Position numbers and translations under genes: made by a program. Source: Chrysomallon squamiferum (lineage: Eukaryota > Animalia > Mollusca). Taken from it: a stretch of DNA of 64,000 nt. The number at the start of each line of letters is the position of its first letter. The stretch's first letter is position 1. The stretch covers positions 38,626,001-38,690,000 of the forward strand of contig CM022670.1 of the NCBI GenBank assembly GCA_012295275.1, written 5' to 3'. Below, piece by piece: positions 12,456 through 26,078 of this stretch. The notes under the pieces were generated by a model. The model was not told the DNA's origin. It was given only the letters and a program-made list of their open reading frames with translations, and made no database searches.

Positions 12456-14991
12456 GCAGTTCCGCTGTAGTAACTTGTAATAAATTATTTATTTATCTGT
12501 TGTTAATCTGCTGCTCATGACATGCAGTGTCAAAATATATTGTAATCACATTTTTTTCTTACTTTTAATATTTTATATTTTAATATACAGACCTTGTTTC
12601 ATAACCTCATTCTTTTAATGATGAGATTTGTCAATGTAATTTGTTTATCACATTGAGCAGTACATGTGAACTTCATTTTAGTTCATTTTGTTCCAGGTTT
12701 TATAACTGTGTTTTAATATAGGAGCATTCTTTTTTGACGGTCATAATACTAACTACATATTTAATGTTGTTTTTAAGATCCATTGTTAACACCAATGTTA
12801 TATTTTTTAACTCACTTTTGGTATTGTTAATCAACGACGGTTTTGTCACTAATTATGTGTGGAATAATTATATATATATATATATAAATGGATATGTATT
12901 TGCATCATTTTTTTACTTGAAGCCATTAACATTCCAAGTATTAATCATGTTGACAAGTGAAGGATGAATAATCTTTGTGGATACTGTTGAACTGGTAACA
13001 TGTTCTTCATTTTGTGAAAAAAAGAAAACAAGGTGTTCCAAATGGCATTTACTTCTTAATTAGGAACTGAAGTTGTTTTTATTCATCTACATGTTCCCGA
13101 AACAGTTCACATCCTTCTAGCGTAGTGAAAAAGAAATTTGTTACTGTGTCAGGACATTAAATTTTGTCAACAGTAGTTACAGAATTATGTATTTTTATAA
13201 TGATATTAAACTTGAGAATGTGTAACAAAATCATGTCGTAATCTGAGCTGGGTTCAGAAAACTTCGTATATTTGTATTTAAAATGAAAACATTAATAAAC
13301 ATAATATTTTGTATAAATCTTTTATTTTCTTTTTTTTAAAAGGCTGAAAACAGCTAAGTTTATTATCAAAAATTCAGCATCTTGAAGAATGCTTCCAAAA
13401 TTTTTTTTTATTTTTTATGGAATCATAAACTTTCATTTTGACAATTTATTTAAAAATAAACTGTAAATAACATTAATGTTTTAATGACATATCTAAATCT
13501 TTCTTCTGATATTTGAACACAATGTTAACTTGTTTTAATATTAAAGAACAAAAATACAATCAATTTATTATTGATGGAATATATACTCTTTTTTTTCAGA
13601 ATTCAAATAATAATGTATATCACTTACTGTGATGTAGTATTGTTAGTATAAAAATCTAGATAGAAACAGCTTTGAACAAAAATAAATATACTCCTGTATG
13701 TGATAAACAGGTTGTGATGATAAATTAACATTAGACAAGTTGTTTTGATTGAACCATAATCATGTACAAATCTTAAAATATAATCAGCCATTATAGTTGG
13801 TGTTATTAGATATTTTATGTCAGAAATTGAGAAAAACAAATGTGAAGATTATTTTGGGACCAATGTTGGTTATGTGAATTGCTTTCATAAATTCATTATG
13901 ATGATAATATTTCATGTGATTAATTTTACTCTTTTCTGTGTGACTTTAAATTGTGTTTTACTGCTTCTGTTAATCTGTGATGATGTTATTGCGTTTTGTT
14001 TTGTCTGTATTATGTTGTCAAAAACCAGTGCCAACAAAAGTTTATCAAATACATGGATTATTTTCTTTTCATCATTTTTCCTTTAACTCATTTTTCAAAT
14101 TTTCCAAAATGACCAAAAGTTAATGTTATTAACACTTTCATTTCAGTTCATAATACATGTATAAAAAAAAATATATGTCATACAAAAAAAATCCAACATT
14201 TTTTATTAATCAAGAATCTTTTTTCATTTTTTTTTCATCTATCCCACCTGTCTCTCTAACCTAGTCAGTTAACAGTGTATGTATTAAAAAAAAAAGAAAT
14301 ATATATTTTTGTTAAAAAAAAAAAACCATCATATTTTATTTATCAGTTTGTCTTTCATGTGAACATAAATGAAATTGAGATAATTAGTACCAGTATTTGA
14401 TATACTCGACTTGTTGTTTTACTTAATTTAAACGTCCTGTAACATCATAGTTACAGAACTGCTATAAAAACATTGCGTTTATGGTGTTTTGTGTTGCATC
14501 AATTACAAAAATAATTAAAACCAAAGATATGTACCTTTAGCTTTTGAAGTCCCTGTGTGTTTTGTGTTTTATGTTGTGATGTATTAACACCAGTGTCAAT
14601 AAAAAATATTTTAAATCACGATTTATTGCCTTTTATATGCGGCATAATTTTTTTATTTGTGGGAGATGAAAGTCTGGAATGATAGAAGAAACGAAAATAA
14701 ATTTGCTTTTTTTTTTTTAAATCCTGTTATTTTAGTCTGCTTGTTAATATAGACAGTAGAAAAATATTTTAGTATAAGCTTAATACTGTTATTTAGTAGT
14801 CCATTTTTATTGTATTTGTGTATTTATAAACCAAATTGTCTGTTCATCTAAGCTGTCCATGTACTGTTGTGTTATACAAGTAGCATGAAATGAAAATAAA
14901 CTACACACAAGAAATTAAATAGATTTGAAATTATCTGAGCATTTGTAGCTAATTTGGTGTTATGTTAAACACTCTTCAAGATTAAAAATGG

Positions 14992-15022
<31 letters not shown>

Positions 15023-18000
15023 GATCTCATAAGATACATTCAAAATTATCTTTATATTTTCAGATTTATATGCATTCACAAAATATGAGATAGTTTTTGA
15101 AATGGGAAATGTTTCCATGAAATAATTTTATATAAAGACCAAATTAGTGACCACTGCTTTTAGTAACAGTACGTTTTATACACGATGTTTAATACTCCCT
15201 TTGTGCTTTATAAACAGCATGTATTAGTCCTATTATATTTTTATAAACACCTTTTTCTGCATTATATAGAATAAAGATATTGGTTTTTTGTTTGGTTTTT
15301 TTGCTTATTAAACTAATGAATATAGAACAAAAACTGATTGAATGACAAACATTACTGTATTGCGTATTGATCTCTATTTTATAAAGAGTAATAAAAATGC
15401 TCAATAAATTTGTAAACAGCTGTAGATATTGCTTAGAAAGTAAAATTATATTGACTGCTTGAAGTTCATATACTATTTTTAAAATTCAGTATTATTTGAT
15501 AATATTTATTATTTTGCATTTTACAAGAGACAGATATTTTAGTCATTTTGTATTGCAATTATTATGGTATGAAATCATTAAGTGATATTAAAACTGTTTT
15601 TTTTTATTAAGTCTAATTTTAAGCTCAAAAGTATTTATTTTTCCAAGGTTGTAATGTTTAATAGAAAAAATATTTATATGAATTTAGTATTTTAGGAAAA
15701 TGTTTTAAATACTTACATTAAAAACCACATAAAAAATGTTTTATAATTACTTGCTTTTTTTTTTTAAAGGTTTTTATTGGTAATTTTTGACTTTCTTAAT
15801 TTGAAGTGATTTATAACAATTGTTTAGTTTCAGTTCATGTATTATGAATTTTATAATGGTTTATTCAGATACTGTTTTATAATAAACAATATTTTTATGA
15901 ACATTCAGTTCAGCACAGTTAATCGTCATACAGCTTATAAATTATATATTTAAAAAAAAAAAAAAAAAAAAAAAATGGCAGTTAGAGTAAATATAAATAT
16001 ATATTTTCAAAATAATATTCTACACATTTTTCTAACTACTGTCTCATGAAACCCAGGGTTATTTAGTTTCTATACCTAGATAATAGTTTTGCAAAAAGAT
16101 ATTAATAAATTTCAGAGATAGATAATGCATTTAAAAATAGACTTTATATACTAATATTTTGTACTAGTTCTTTGAAATTCTTACTCTTAGGCAGTTTTTG
16201 GCTAAAACTGTTTTGTATAAATTCATAGAGACAAATTTGGATTCATGTTATTAACCATAAATTAAGTTTTTCAAACAGCATTTGCTATGATCATGTTATG
16301 ATCTTATGAAAACAGGATTGCTAATGGTAGTGTTTATAATCAAGTGACTTAATAGATTAGTAACCGATATTATTATGTTAGTGAAAAAAATATAGAAGAA
16401 AAAAATTGTTTATAACCAACATAATAGTTTTGTAATTGATATAATTGTGTTCTGTACCACCTACTGGTATAATGGACTTTCGTTGTGATTTATAAAGTTC
16501 TGCCAGTGGTATTTATATTCTTTTTATTTATCTGTTATTTGTGGTTTTGGTTAATGTATTTTCTTTTATAATGTCTATGAAAAAATAAAATATTAACTTA
16601 ATGATCAACAGTCTTAAATTCTTAGGTATTTTATAACATATTTATTAGCTGGTTTCCTCCTTTTTTATGAAACATCTGGCAGCAATATTTAACACTTAGT
16701 AAGACTTATAGCCTTTCATATTTAAAAAAAAAAAAATATAAACAGAATAAATGATTAAATTCCCTATGTTTTCCCCCCACAAAAAAAGAAAAAAAAAAAG
16801 AAGAAAATTATGAAAATAAAAAAAATTCTTGTGAATTTTTATGATCATTTTGTTTGCCTGTAGTATTAATTATTTCAACAATGACATAATATTTAATTCA
16901 TCAAAAAAATGTTGGTTAGGTCAGTGTTCTGAGGGTGTTAACTAAAATATTCACAAATAATCATGGATTTTATATTTTTTTTTTTTTTTGGGGGGGGGGT
17001 AGATCAAATATTTAATTTTATTTATTATTATTTGTTTTTTATTTTCATTTAGATGAATGAATGGTTTACTATATAAATTGATACTCGCAATATATTTTAT
17101 TTTAATGTTTTCTATCCATGTGTATAATCACAAAATCACAGCAGTTTCAAGAAGGCTGTTTGTGTTTTTTAATTTTTGTTTTTTAATGTTTTTGCTCATT
17201 GAATGAGTCTTGCATGCTACCAGAATTTGACTTGTGAAAAGCACATGCATAGGTTTTTTTTGCACAGTATTATTTAAATCATGTACTTATTGCCAATAAA
17301 ATATGTTTTACATGTAATTTGATTTTGTATTGTGTAACTAAATAAAGAGCCAGAAAAACTGCTGTAGTTTACATAAAGGAAGAAATGTTTGATTTAATGA
17401 TGCACATTCTTAATATCGATTATAAAGTATTATCTGTGTTTAATGAAATAAGGGTTTTTCAGTAAAAGTTATGGATCTATGAAATATTAAAGATGTGCAA
17501 GCTTTCTAATTAAAAACACTATTATGCAATTCATAAAGACTTGAATAAGTATTTTGATTAATTTCCAGTAATTATGTGTTAGACATTTGACACATTTTAA
17601 TTTATTACATGATGGATAATGCCCAAATTTGACTGGAAAACACTTCATCTCAGATGTACAATAAGTTCTTATTGAACTTTGTCATATAAATAGATTACTA
17701 ATTTCTAAACTAATGAAAATATCAGTCATCTAAACATATATTAACATTTTATTGGGTTAATTATAATTTTAATAAAAACAAATATATGAAGAAATATTGG
17801 CACCATTTTATCAGTAATAATGTATACATTTTAAGTGACAATTCAATAATGCTGATAAACACTAAACAGTGAAAGATAAATTGGTAAAGCACTAACATGA
17901 CAGCATCAGGAACCAAACCAGCCCAGCTGGAGCGCTGGCCCACTGGAACGAAGAGTTTCGCCGACCGATTGCGGTACAGTGTTAAAAAAAACGGCAGCAT

Positions 18001-19358
18001 GAACAGCAGTAATAAACACACACACACACACACAAAATGAATTCAAATTATCTAATTGTAATTCACTATCGTTAGTGTGGGATGCACATTGAGTTTCGTG
18101 TTTTAAACCACTGAATCCCCTCCCCACAAACACGTTAAAGAAAAGAAAAGATAAAAATAAAAGAGGATTATTCATAATTTAATAATAATACTGAAACTAA
18201 TATAAATTTTAAAAAACTTAGTTGATATTTAGTAATACTCCGTATCCGGCATAAATAACATTAATGATTTTGTACCAACCATTTCATGACCTTGCCCTTG
18301 CAGCAGGTGATTCAGTTCATTAATGCAGTATGTTACGCGAATCGTTTTATGTTGTTAAATGGCAATAATTAGGTACGTATCGTAATCATAATATGGCTGT
18401 TTTTAGGTTGATGCTTATTTATGTCGCATGAAATGATCATCATTTTAAATGATGCCTTCACTGAACAGTCAGAAAATATATCGTTTTGTTAACAGACGAC
18501 ACTACTCTGTACTCAGTTACAGAATCATGATCTTAAGAACCCGATTCGTTGTAAGATAAAGATTTGTCGCCATTACTGATACTGTTTAAACCTTAATAAT
18601 ACCGTCTTTCAAAATTCCATAACTATTGATTAACTATTACGATTTTATAACTGCAGTTATTAAGAGCGATTTCCATTAAATTTGGAGTTAAAATGTGTTT
18701 TAGAAGCCAGTGTAAAGTGTTGATATTTACTTGAATGAAAAATGATGGTTTTGATAATTTCAGATTTCTGATTATTGATAGCATAATCAAATAAATAGTT
18801 ATAAACTGATAAATAACGTGATGTGTTAATTTATTATGCGCTAATTACAAAGAGAAGACATTTTAATTTTATTTTCAAATATAAAGAAATAAATACATTA
18901 TCTGTGAAAAGTATTCATCAGTATAGTCAAATATGTCAGCTGGGTAACGTTTAAGATAATTAGGAACTGATCAAAACATATCCCAAGCAGTTTTCAATAT
19001 TTGTCAATACTTAATATATATGGCTGGTGATACATGAAGATGAAAACTTTGATAAACATTTTGGCACTTTTGAATATTGGTATATTTTATTGAATGTTTT
19101 AATTTGAATATGTGGAGCCAGCAGTAAGATGAACTGCAAATAATAAAATTTAGTTGTTTTCACTTTGTAATTATTAATTTTTTTTTAAAGTTGCACATTT
19201 TAGATGTTTCCATTTGAAAAGAGTGACATTCATTTATATTATGACTATAATTAGCTGAAACATCTGATTTGAATAAATATATATATATTTTTTTCATCTA
19301 CAGATTGGCAAGAGACATTATGTAACAACAAATTTTAGCTCATGACAGAACATGTAGA

Positions 19359-22300
19359 ATGAGTTGGTTCAAGCGTGGTAGTGTTCGACAAGAGTCTCGA
19401 CGGAGCAGTTCTCCGGTAGAACCAGTCTCCAGAGAGCGTCGCGATACTGATCCTGACACCCTGTTAGAAGTCTTTTGTAACCACTGGCAACAGGTTTGCA
19501 GTGTCATTGAGAAAAACCAAAATGCTGATAACATGGACGACATTGAGACAGTCATTCACAATTTTGAGCAGATGGTCACATTTCTGGTGCGTGAGGATGG
19601 GATTAACGGAATGCCAGGACCAATACTGCATTATATTCTAGAGAAGGATGTTTTTGAAAAATTCTGTTCATGGGGTTCGAGCAGCAATAAAATGTGTCTT
19701 GAAAAACTGAAGTATGAACAGCTTCGTATGTTCGAGCTGGCCATTAACCAGTCAAAACAGGTACTGCTGATTCATCGGGCAGTTATTCGGGCATTAATGA
19801 AACTTCTGGTTACTTGTGCTGATCCTTCAATTGTTCAGTCAAAGGATATCGAACACAGGACTGTGCTGGTTTTACACCAGATCTGTGTGTGCATTTCACA
19901 GGAAACAGTAATTCTGGAGAGTTTCTTTAATGTTGATGGAGATCATGGTCCAACCAGATTTCTGATCTTTTCTTTGCTTATTCCTTACATACATCGCGAA
20001 GGACCAATTGGGCAAAATGCCAGGGATGCCTTATTATTATTGATGGCTCTTTCTGCAAAGATTCCTCACATTGGAAAGTACATGGCAGAGAATTCAGACT
20101 TCTGCCCTGTAAGTTTGTCTGCATTTTAATGTTATTCTAATTCATTTTGAAGGATCTAACATTATGCTGCTTTGTTATTGTTGTTTTCTAAACAATATAA
20201 TTTAATTTGATACTTAAGTTCTAAGTAATATCTGTTATTATTTATTAAAACTACTTATATGTCAGAGAACATTGAGCTTCTACATCCCAGTTTGTTTCTT
20301 TATTTATTTGGTATCATGTTCTTAATGTTGTTTAATATTTAAGATTAGTGATTTTATCAATACTCACCAGTTGAACTATTTGTATTTATTTGTTTTCAAA
20401 ATGCATACAGTTAGTTTTATTGATTAATTTCTTAGCAAATTTTTTTAAAATTTATGTAATCAAATATTTACTTTTTTTCTATATTTTTCGTTAGGTTTTG
20501 GCTACAGGTTTAAGTGGTCTCTACTCTTCACTACCAAGAAAGATAACACCAGATAATGATAACTGGTACATGCTGACTGATGAAGACTGTTCTCGGATTC
20601 CAGATCTTCATATGTTTTTAAATTCTCTAGATTTTTGCAATGCTGTTGTTCAGGTATGGGCCAGGATATAATTAGAATATCCAGTTATAATTGATAAAAC
20701 AGTGGTGCTAATGCATTTTCAGAAATTTTATATTCTGTAATCAATATAATTATCGTAAGAGGCAATATTACAGTTTAACTAAAACAATCCTCTATAGATT
20801 ATATGTATCATAAAGGGTATCAGATTATAGTATATATATGCATTATCAGCAAACGTATGTATAAAGAATTCATTTTTGCTAAATAGGTTTTGTCATTAAC
20901 ATCATTATAAGTACAAAACAAAGTTTGACATCCAGTAATGATAACATTAACATGTTTTTAAATGTTGGTCATAATTGTGTAATACAAAATCTATATAATT
21001 TACCATGTTTAATTTATTAATGTTTTACTTCTCTATTTTGTTTATTGTTGTGGTTTTTCCAGCTTTTAAACTAATAAAAATGTTGCATACATTAATGTTA
21101 ACTTCAGTATCTGTTTGTCAAATCTGCTAAAGTCTTCTGAAATTTATCTATCAGTATTTTGAAAATTTCCCACAATATTTGAATTATTATTTCTACAGAT
21201 CGCTCATCCTTTGGTGAAGGAGCAGCTGATTACATTTATCTACAATGGTTTTTTAATTCCTGTTCTAGGACCAGCGTTACATCAGGTATGCATTATTCTC
21301 TTTTATTAGCAGCTAATGTGTTTCAAATATATGTCATAACCAAACATATAAGCTTCACAATAGCCTATAGGATTTCCTTGTTGTTGTAAATTATGCAGAT
21401 TTCAAAGCTGTTAACTTGTCAGTCATAATAACAATTTTTATTTTTGGATTCAGGGTAATAAGAGTTTTATTTTCTAACATTCTGTCTCCAATTTAATAGA
21501 CATTTGAGTTCAAACTACTTTACAAAAAAAAAAAAATATCACTTTAGCAATGACTTAAAACCATTTAATGGGTTTGTTATCATTTATATATTTATATCCT
21601 CCTTCATTCCAATTAGTGTTGCCTCTTTTGTTTTTGCTTTTTTTTTTTAAAATTTAAATTTCACACGTTGAATACCAGAATCTTTCTGATCATTGGATAT
21701 ATTGTATAATTTTGTAAAAATAATGACATATTTTTTTATTGCTGTTTATTTGTTGATTAATAATTCATCATGATTGATAATTTTTCTGTGGCCAGGATAT
21801 CCCAGGCCTCCCTTTGCCACTACTAGACACTGATCTTTTTGCGGTTAGTAGATACTGTTAAGTATTTACCTGGGTATGATGTGCTTCTAGTTTTCTGTCA
21901 TGCATTCTTCTGTGATTTCTTCAACACTGCTTTTAATTTTTAAATTATTAATACTGATAGAAAATATAATAATTGCATATATGTATACATATAGTCAAAT
22001 TTATATGTTGTGGTAGATAGTGGATTCTGGTAAACTTGTAAAAAGTCTGCCAGTATAGGTTGGATTTGAACATTTTAAATAAAAAAAAAAAAAAAATGTA
22101 ATACAAAAAATGTTTAACAAAGTTGTCAAAACAAAATTTAACATTCAGTAAAATACAGTAATGTTATCCTAAGAATAAATGTTATAAATTATATAAAAAA
22201 GCAATCAAACAAAAATAAACACCAATTTTAATCTTGCCTGTTTATAATAAATATTTCTTCTGTGTTAATACATAATTACAACAAATGTATTGCTTATTGA

Positions 22301-25300
22301 TGAGTTTATTTTTGTCATGCATTGTAAATTTATATAAATGCAATTTTTCTCAGATTAATACCATTAGTACTTTGTGTCAGCTATTAACTCTTATAAAAAT
22401 TCATCATCAGCTGAAAAGAGCCACATTTAAGTAAATTGTTTACTATAAACAATAATTTTATGGTAAAATGATTTATAAAAGTAATAAAATTCTATTATAG
22501 TTTTATACTCATTTTCTTATTATCTTTCCCCAAAAAAACAACATTTTAATGAGGTAATATATACATGATAGACTTCATTTCTCATCTTATAGAATCTGAG
22601 TTTGTACCACTTAATAATTGTTAAATCTATCATTTTTATATGCACATGGTAAAAGTATTTTTGCATGTCTTACTATTGGCAAACTCTTACATTTAGAAAC
22701 TGACAAACTGTTTGTTGTGAGTTTTATTTACATTATGGAATGAATTTTCAAGTGTAACTTCATACAGGATTTAGTAGATACTTTAGTTGCTAATATTGTT
22801 TAAAATATCATTGGGCTGTGCTTTCTTAGGATGAGAATGGTATTTCCTTGAGATTATTTTTAAATTATATTTTGAAAAGAAGAATATAAAATTACTCTTT
22901 TTGGAGCTAACTAAATTCATGCATGTGTTTATCTTCTTTTCTTTAAATTTTATATTTAAATATCAGTATATATAGTTATAACAGTAATAGTATAGTAACA
23001 TTTGTTTTTTAAAAACATGAAGGAATGAGGAATTGTAATATTTTAAACATCTCCACCACTCTCTACCACATATATTTAATCTGAATTTTTGTGAAAGTTA
23101 ACTATAATTTTTAAATATATTAATCTATAGTATATCATACTAAAATGAAAGGAAATAATATATTTATACTAATACTATTGATTAATTTGTCATTAATCAA
23201 ATGCATGAAACAGACAAACTAATATGAACTAGTTTTATCATTAAAATTAATCTTGACTTCATTATCTTATATGTATTCAATAAAACCTTCAAAATAATAT
23301 TTCTTTTTCCCACCAAAAAAGCCCAACCCAGATTTTAATAAGACATTTGTAATTGTTTATTTAATAAAACATGAAATTATATTTGTAGGATACATTTTCA
23401 TAACTTCCAAAATATTAAAAAATAAATTATAATATATATATTTCAGATTAAATATTAGTTTAAATAGTTATAGTTCATGCTTTCCTTATAGACTTGTTTG
23501 AAATATGTGGTGGTCGATTATTGCTCTGTTTCAAATGATAAAATTTTAATGATTACCTTGAGATGGCCAGTATTATTGGTTTAGTAAAACAGTGTGCAAG
23601 TGACTGTTAGATAAAATAGTGTTCCAAGGACATTAAATTTACAGTGTCATTCCTTTCTTGAGTGTTCTGTTTATACTTCAAGCATTATTTTGTTTAAACA
23701 CACATTATGAAGTTATTTAAGCAGTTACAAAATTTATAATCAGTCTTGTGGACATTCTTATTTTGCATTAAAGTTGTAATAAAATTATTTGACTAGAAAC
23801 TGGTTCAGAAGGATATTTTCAGTGAAATGCTTATTAGTATCATATATTCAGTAACGATATCTATCAGAATGTTGTTAATAATACAACAGTTATTGTCACA
23901 CATATATAGAGAATGAAGTATTTTAAAACAAAGTTTTGGGTTGACACTGTTATGGAAAAATGTAAGTATATTTTAGTATGTAATTGCAGGTGAAAATATA
24001 TTTCTAAACCAATGTCATTACCCTGTTTATAATCGTATTTTTTAAATAAATATTTTGTATTTTAATTGAGATGAAGATATCCAGCTGGTAGTTACATCAT
24101 ATAATATAAATCTTGTACTTCTTAAAAAATAATGCTAGTAGAATGCTGTAACATAATCAAGAGCTTTGTATTTGTTCTGAGTGAATGGGTATTGGTGTTT
24201 ATGCTTGCCAGTAAAGAGTGTTGTTGAAACCTACACATTTAATTTAATTTAATTTAATTTAAAGCTTTGCCTGCAGATTATGAAAATTCAGATTTGTTTG
24301 TTTTCTGCATATATTTGACATTTTAAGATATTTTTATATTGTTGGATGTCAATAAATAATACAAGTAGTAGAGTAAATTAGATATAAATTTGTTATTTAC
24401 CTTGTCTGTGTTCTTTTGTTGTCACTAAATTGACTAAGTTAACATGTTATGTAGTTACAGGAATGGTTGTTTTCATGTGGATTTTTTTTTTAACTGTGTA
24501 TGCATGCATTCATTGTATGCATCTCTATTTATTTTCATCATATTTAAATATATATTCATTTCTTTGTTATCTGTTATTATATTACGGGTCCTAAAAATAT
24601 GGTTTATTAATTAAGATTTATAATATTCTTATTTGTAAATAAAAAATTGTTATATCTACATCAGGACACTAAATGTAAATTAAACTGTCTACATAGAGAA
24701 CATTCTTACATGTGTATGAAAGAATAATATTGCAAACAATTATCTGTTGTGTTGATTTTAAAATACAGATTAAAACTCAGTTCAGAAAATTGTAGGGAAT
24801 AGAGGAATTCTGTATATTTATATAAGAGTGACTGATACTTTTTAATATGATTATTACTATTATTATTTTTTTTATTTTTTTTTTTTTTTTTAGTTTTTTT
24901 GTAAAATAATGTTTGAACAGAAAAATGTAATAAGATTATTTTACACAGAACTCCAGAGAAGAAGTGATGACAGCTACAGCATACTTGGACCTCTTTTTAC
25001 GACATATCACAGAACCTGTTCTCATCAAAGCTGTGCTTAAATTCATCTTAACAGAAAAATACGATGAAATAGTCATCTTGGATTCACTGGTAACACGTAT
25101 CAACTCCAGTTCTAAGGTAAAATAGAACATAAGTTACTGAATATGTATTTTGAAATAAGATATTGTAAATTACAAAACTTGATTAAAAAATAAATATGTA
25201 CACAGATCATTTGACATTTAAAATATTTCATAATCATGCTTTCATTTTTGCAGCTGAGTCCTAAATAACAAGTTAAAAAATCACCTCTGTTAGCAAATAG

Positions 25301-26043
25301 AAAGTTCACTGTACAAAAATTCATTAACAGATGTTTCTGTAACTAAGTTGTTACTAACAAAGAAAAATTTAATCACATTTTTGTTTCAGTTGTCATTGAT
25401 ATCGCTGTCACTTTTTAATACCCTGATCAGTTTGAACTGTGAAGATGTCATGTTCCAGCTTGTATTCAAGTGAGAGTTTATATTTTACTGTAGATAAGTT
25501 TTTTAATACACGACATGTATCTGACTGCACACAGACCTATTGTATATGCAGAGAAGAAGAAAATATTTGTGTTTATCTGTTTCATCCAGAAAACCTCCTG
25601 GCATATGCACATGCATGCACATATACATACATACACACACACCAAAAGACAAAATATTTACAGTTCAAAAAAGAAGTTTCTTTTTATATGTTTTTGTTAA
25701 AATTGATGCAGGTTTTGAAATTCTTTTATTATGAATTAATTTCATTTTTAATTCATTTTCAATCATCTGTCATTTAATGTACACTTGTTTCTTTCAGATA
25801 CTTGATTCCTTGCACACATGTCATGGTCAGTCAGCGAAGGTCGGTAAAAGACCTTGACCTTTACAGTAAAAGCGCAGAGAAATTTTTATCCCTGCGTCCA
25901 GCTTGCTGCATGTTCAACAGCATGGATAGTCCCAAGAGCAACACTCTTGAATCCATTTCCAGGTATACTACACCTGTCAAATAATAACGAAAGAAAATAT
26001 GTTGTAGAAAAAGGCATGCGCTATATATTCTTACATAAAGCTG

Positions 26044-26078
<35 letters not shown>

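Noticed and set aside
12615-12660. SECIS-like ATGA...AA...GA pattern in the SELENOI 3'UTR
   Set aside because: The upper stem does not pair and the CDS has no in-frame UGA.
13624-14086. Hydrophobic ORFs of 71-89 aa
   Set aside because: AT-rich UTR-like composition, with no splice or homology support.
22830-22839. Possible microexon ttag|GATGAGAATG|gtattt in the FHIP1 intron
   Set aside because: 10 nt would break the frame and the donor is weak.
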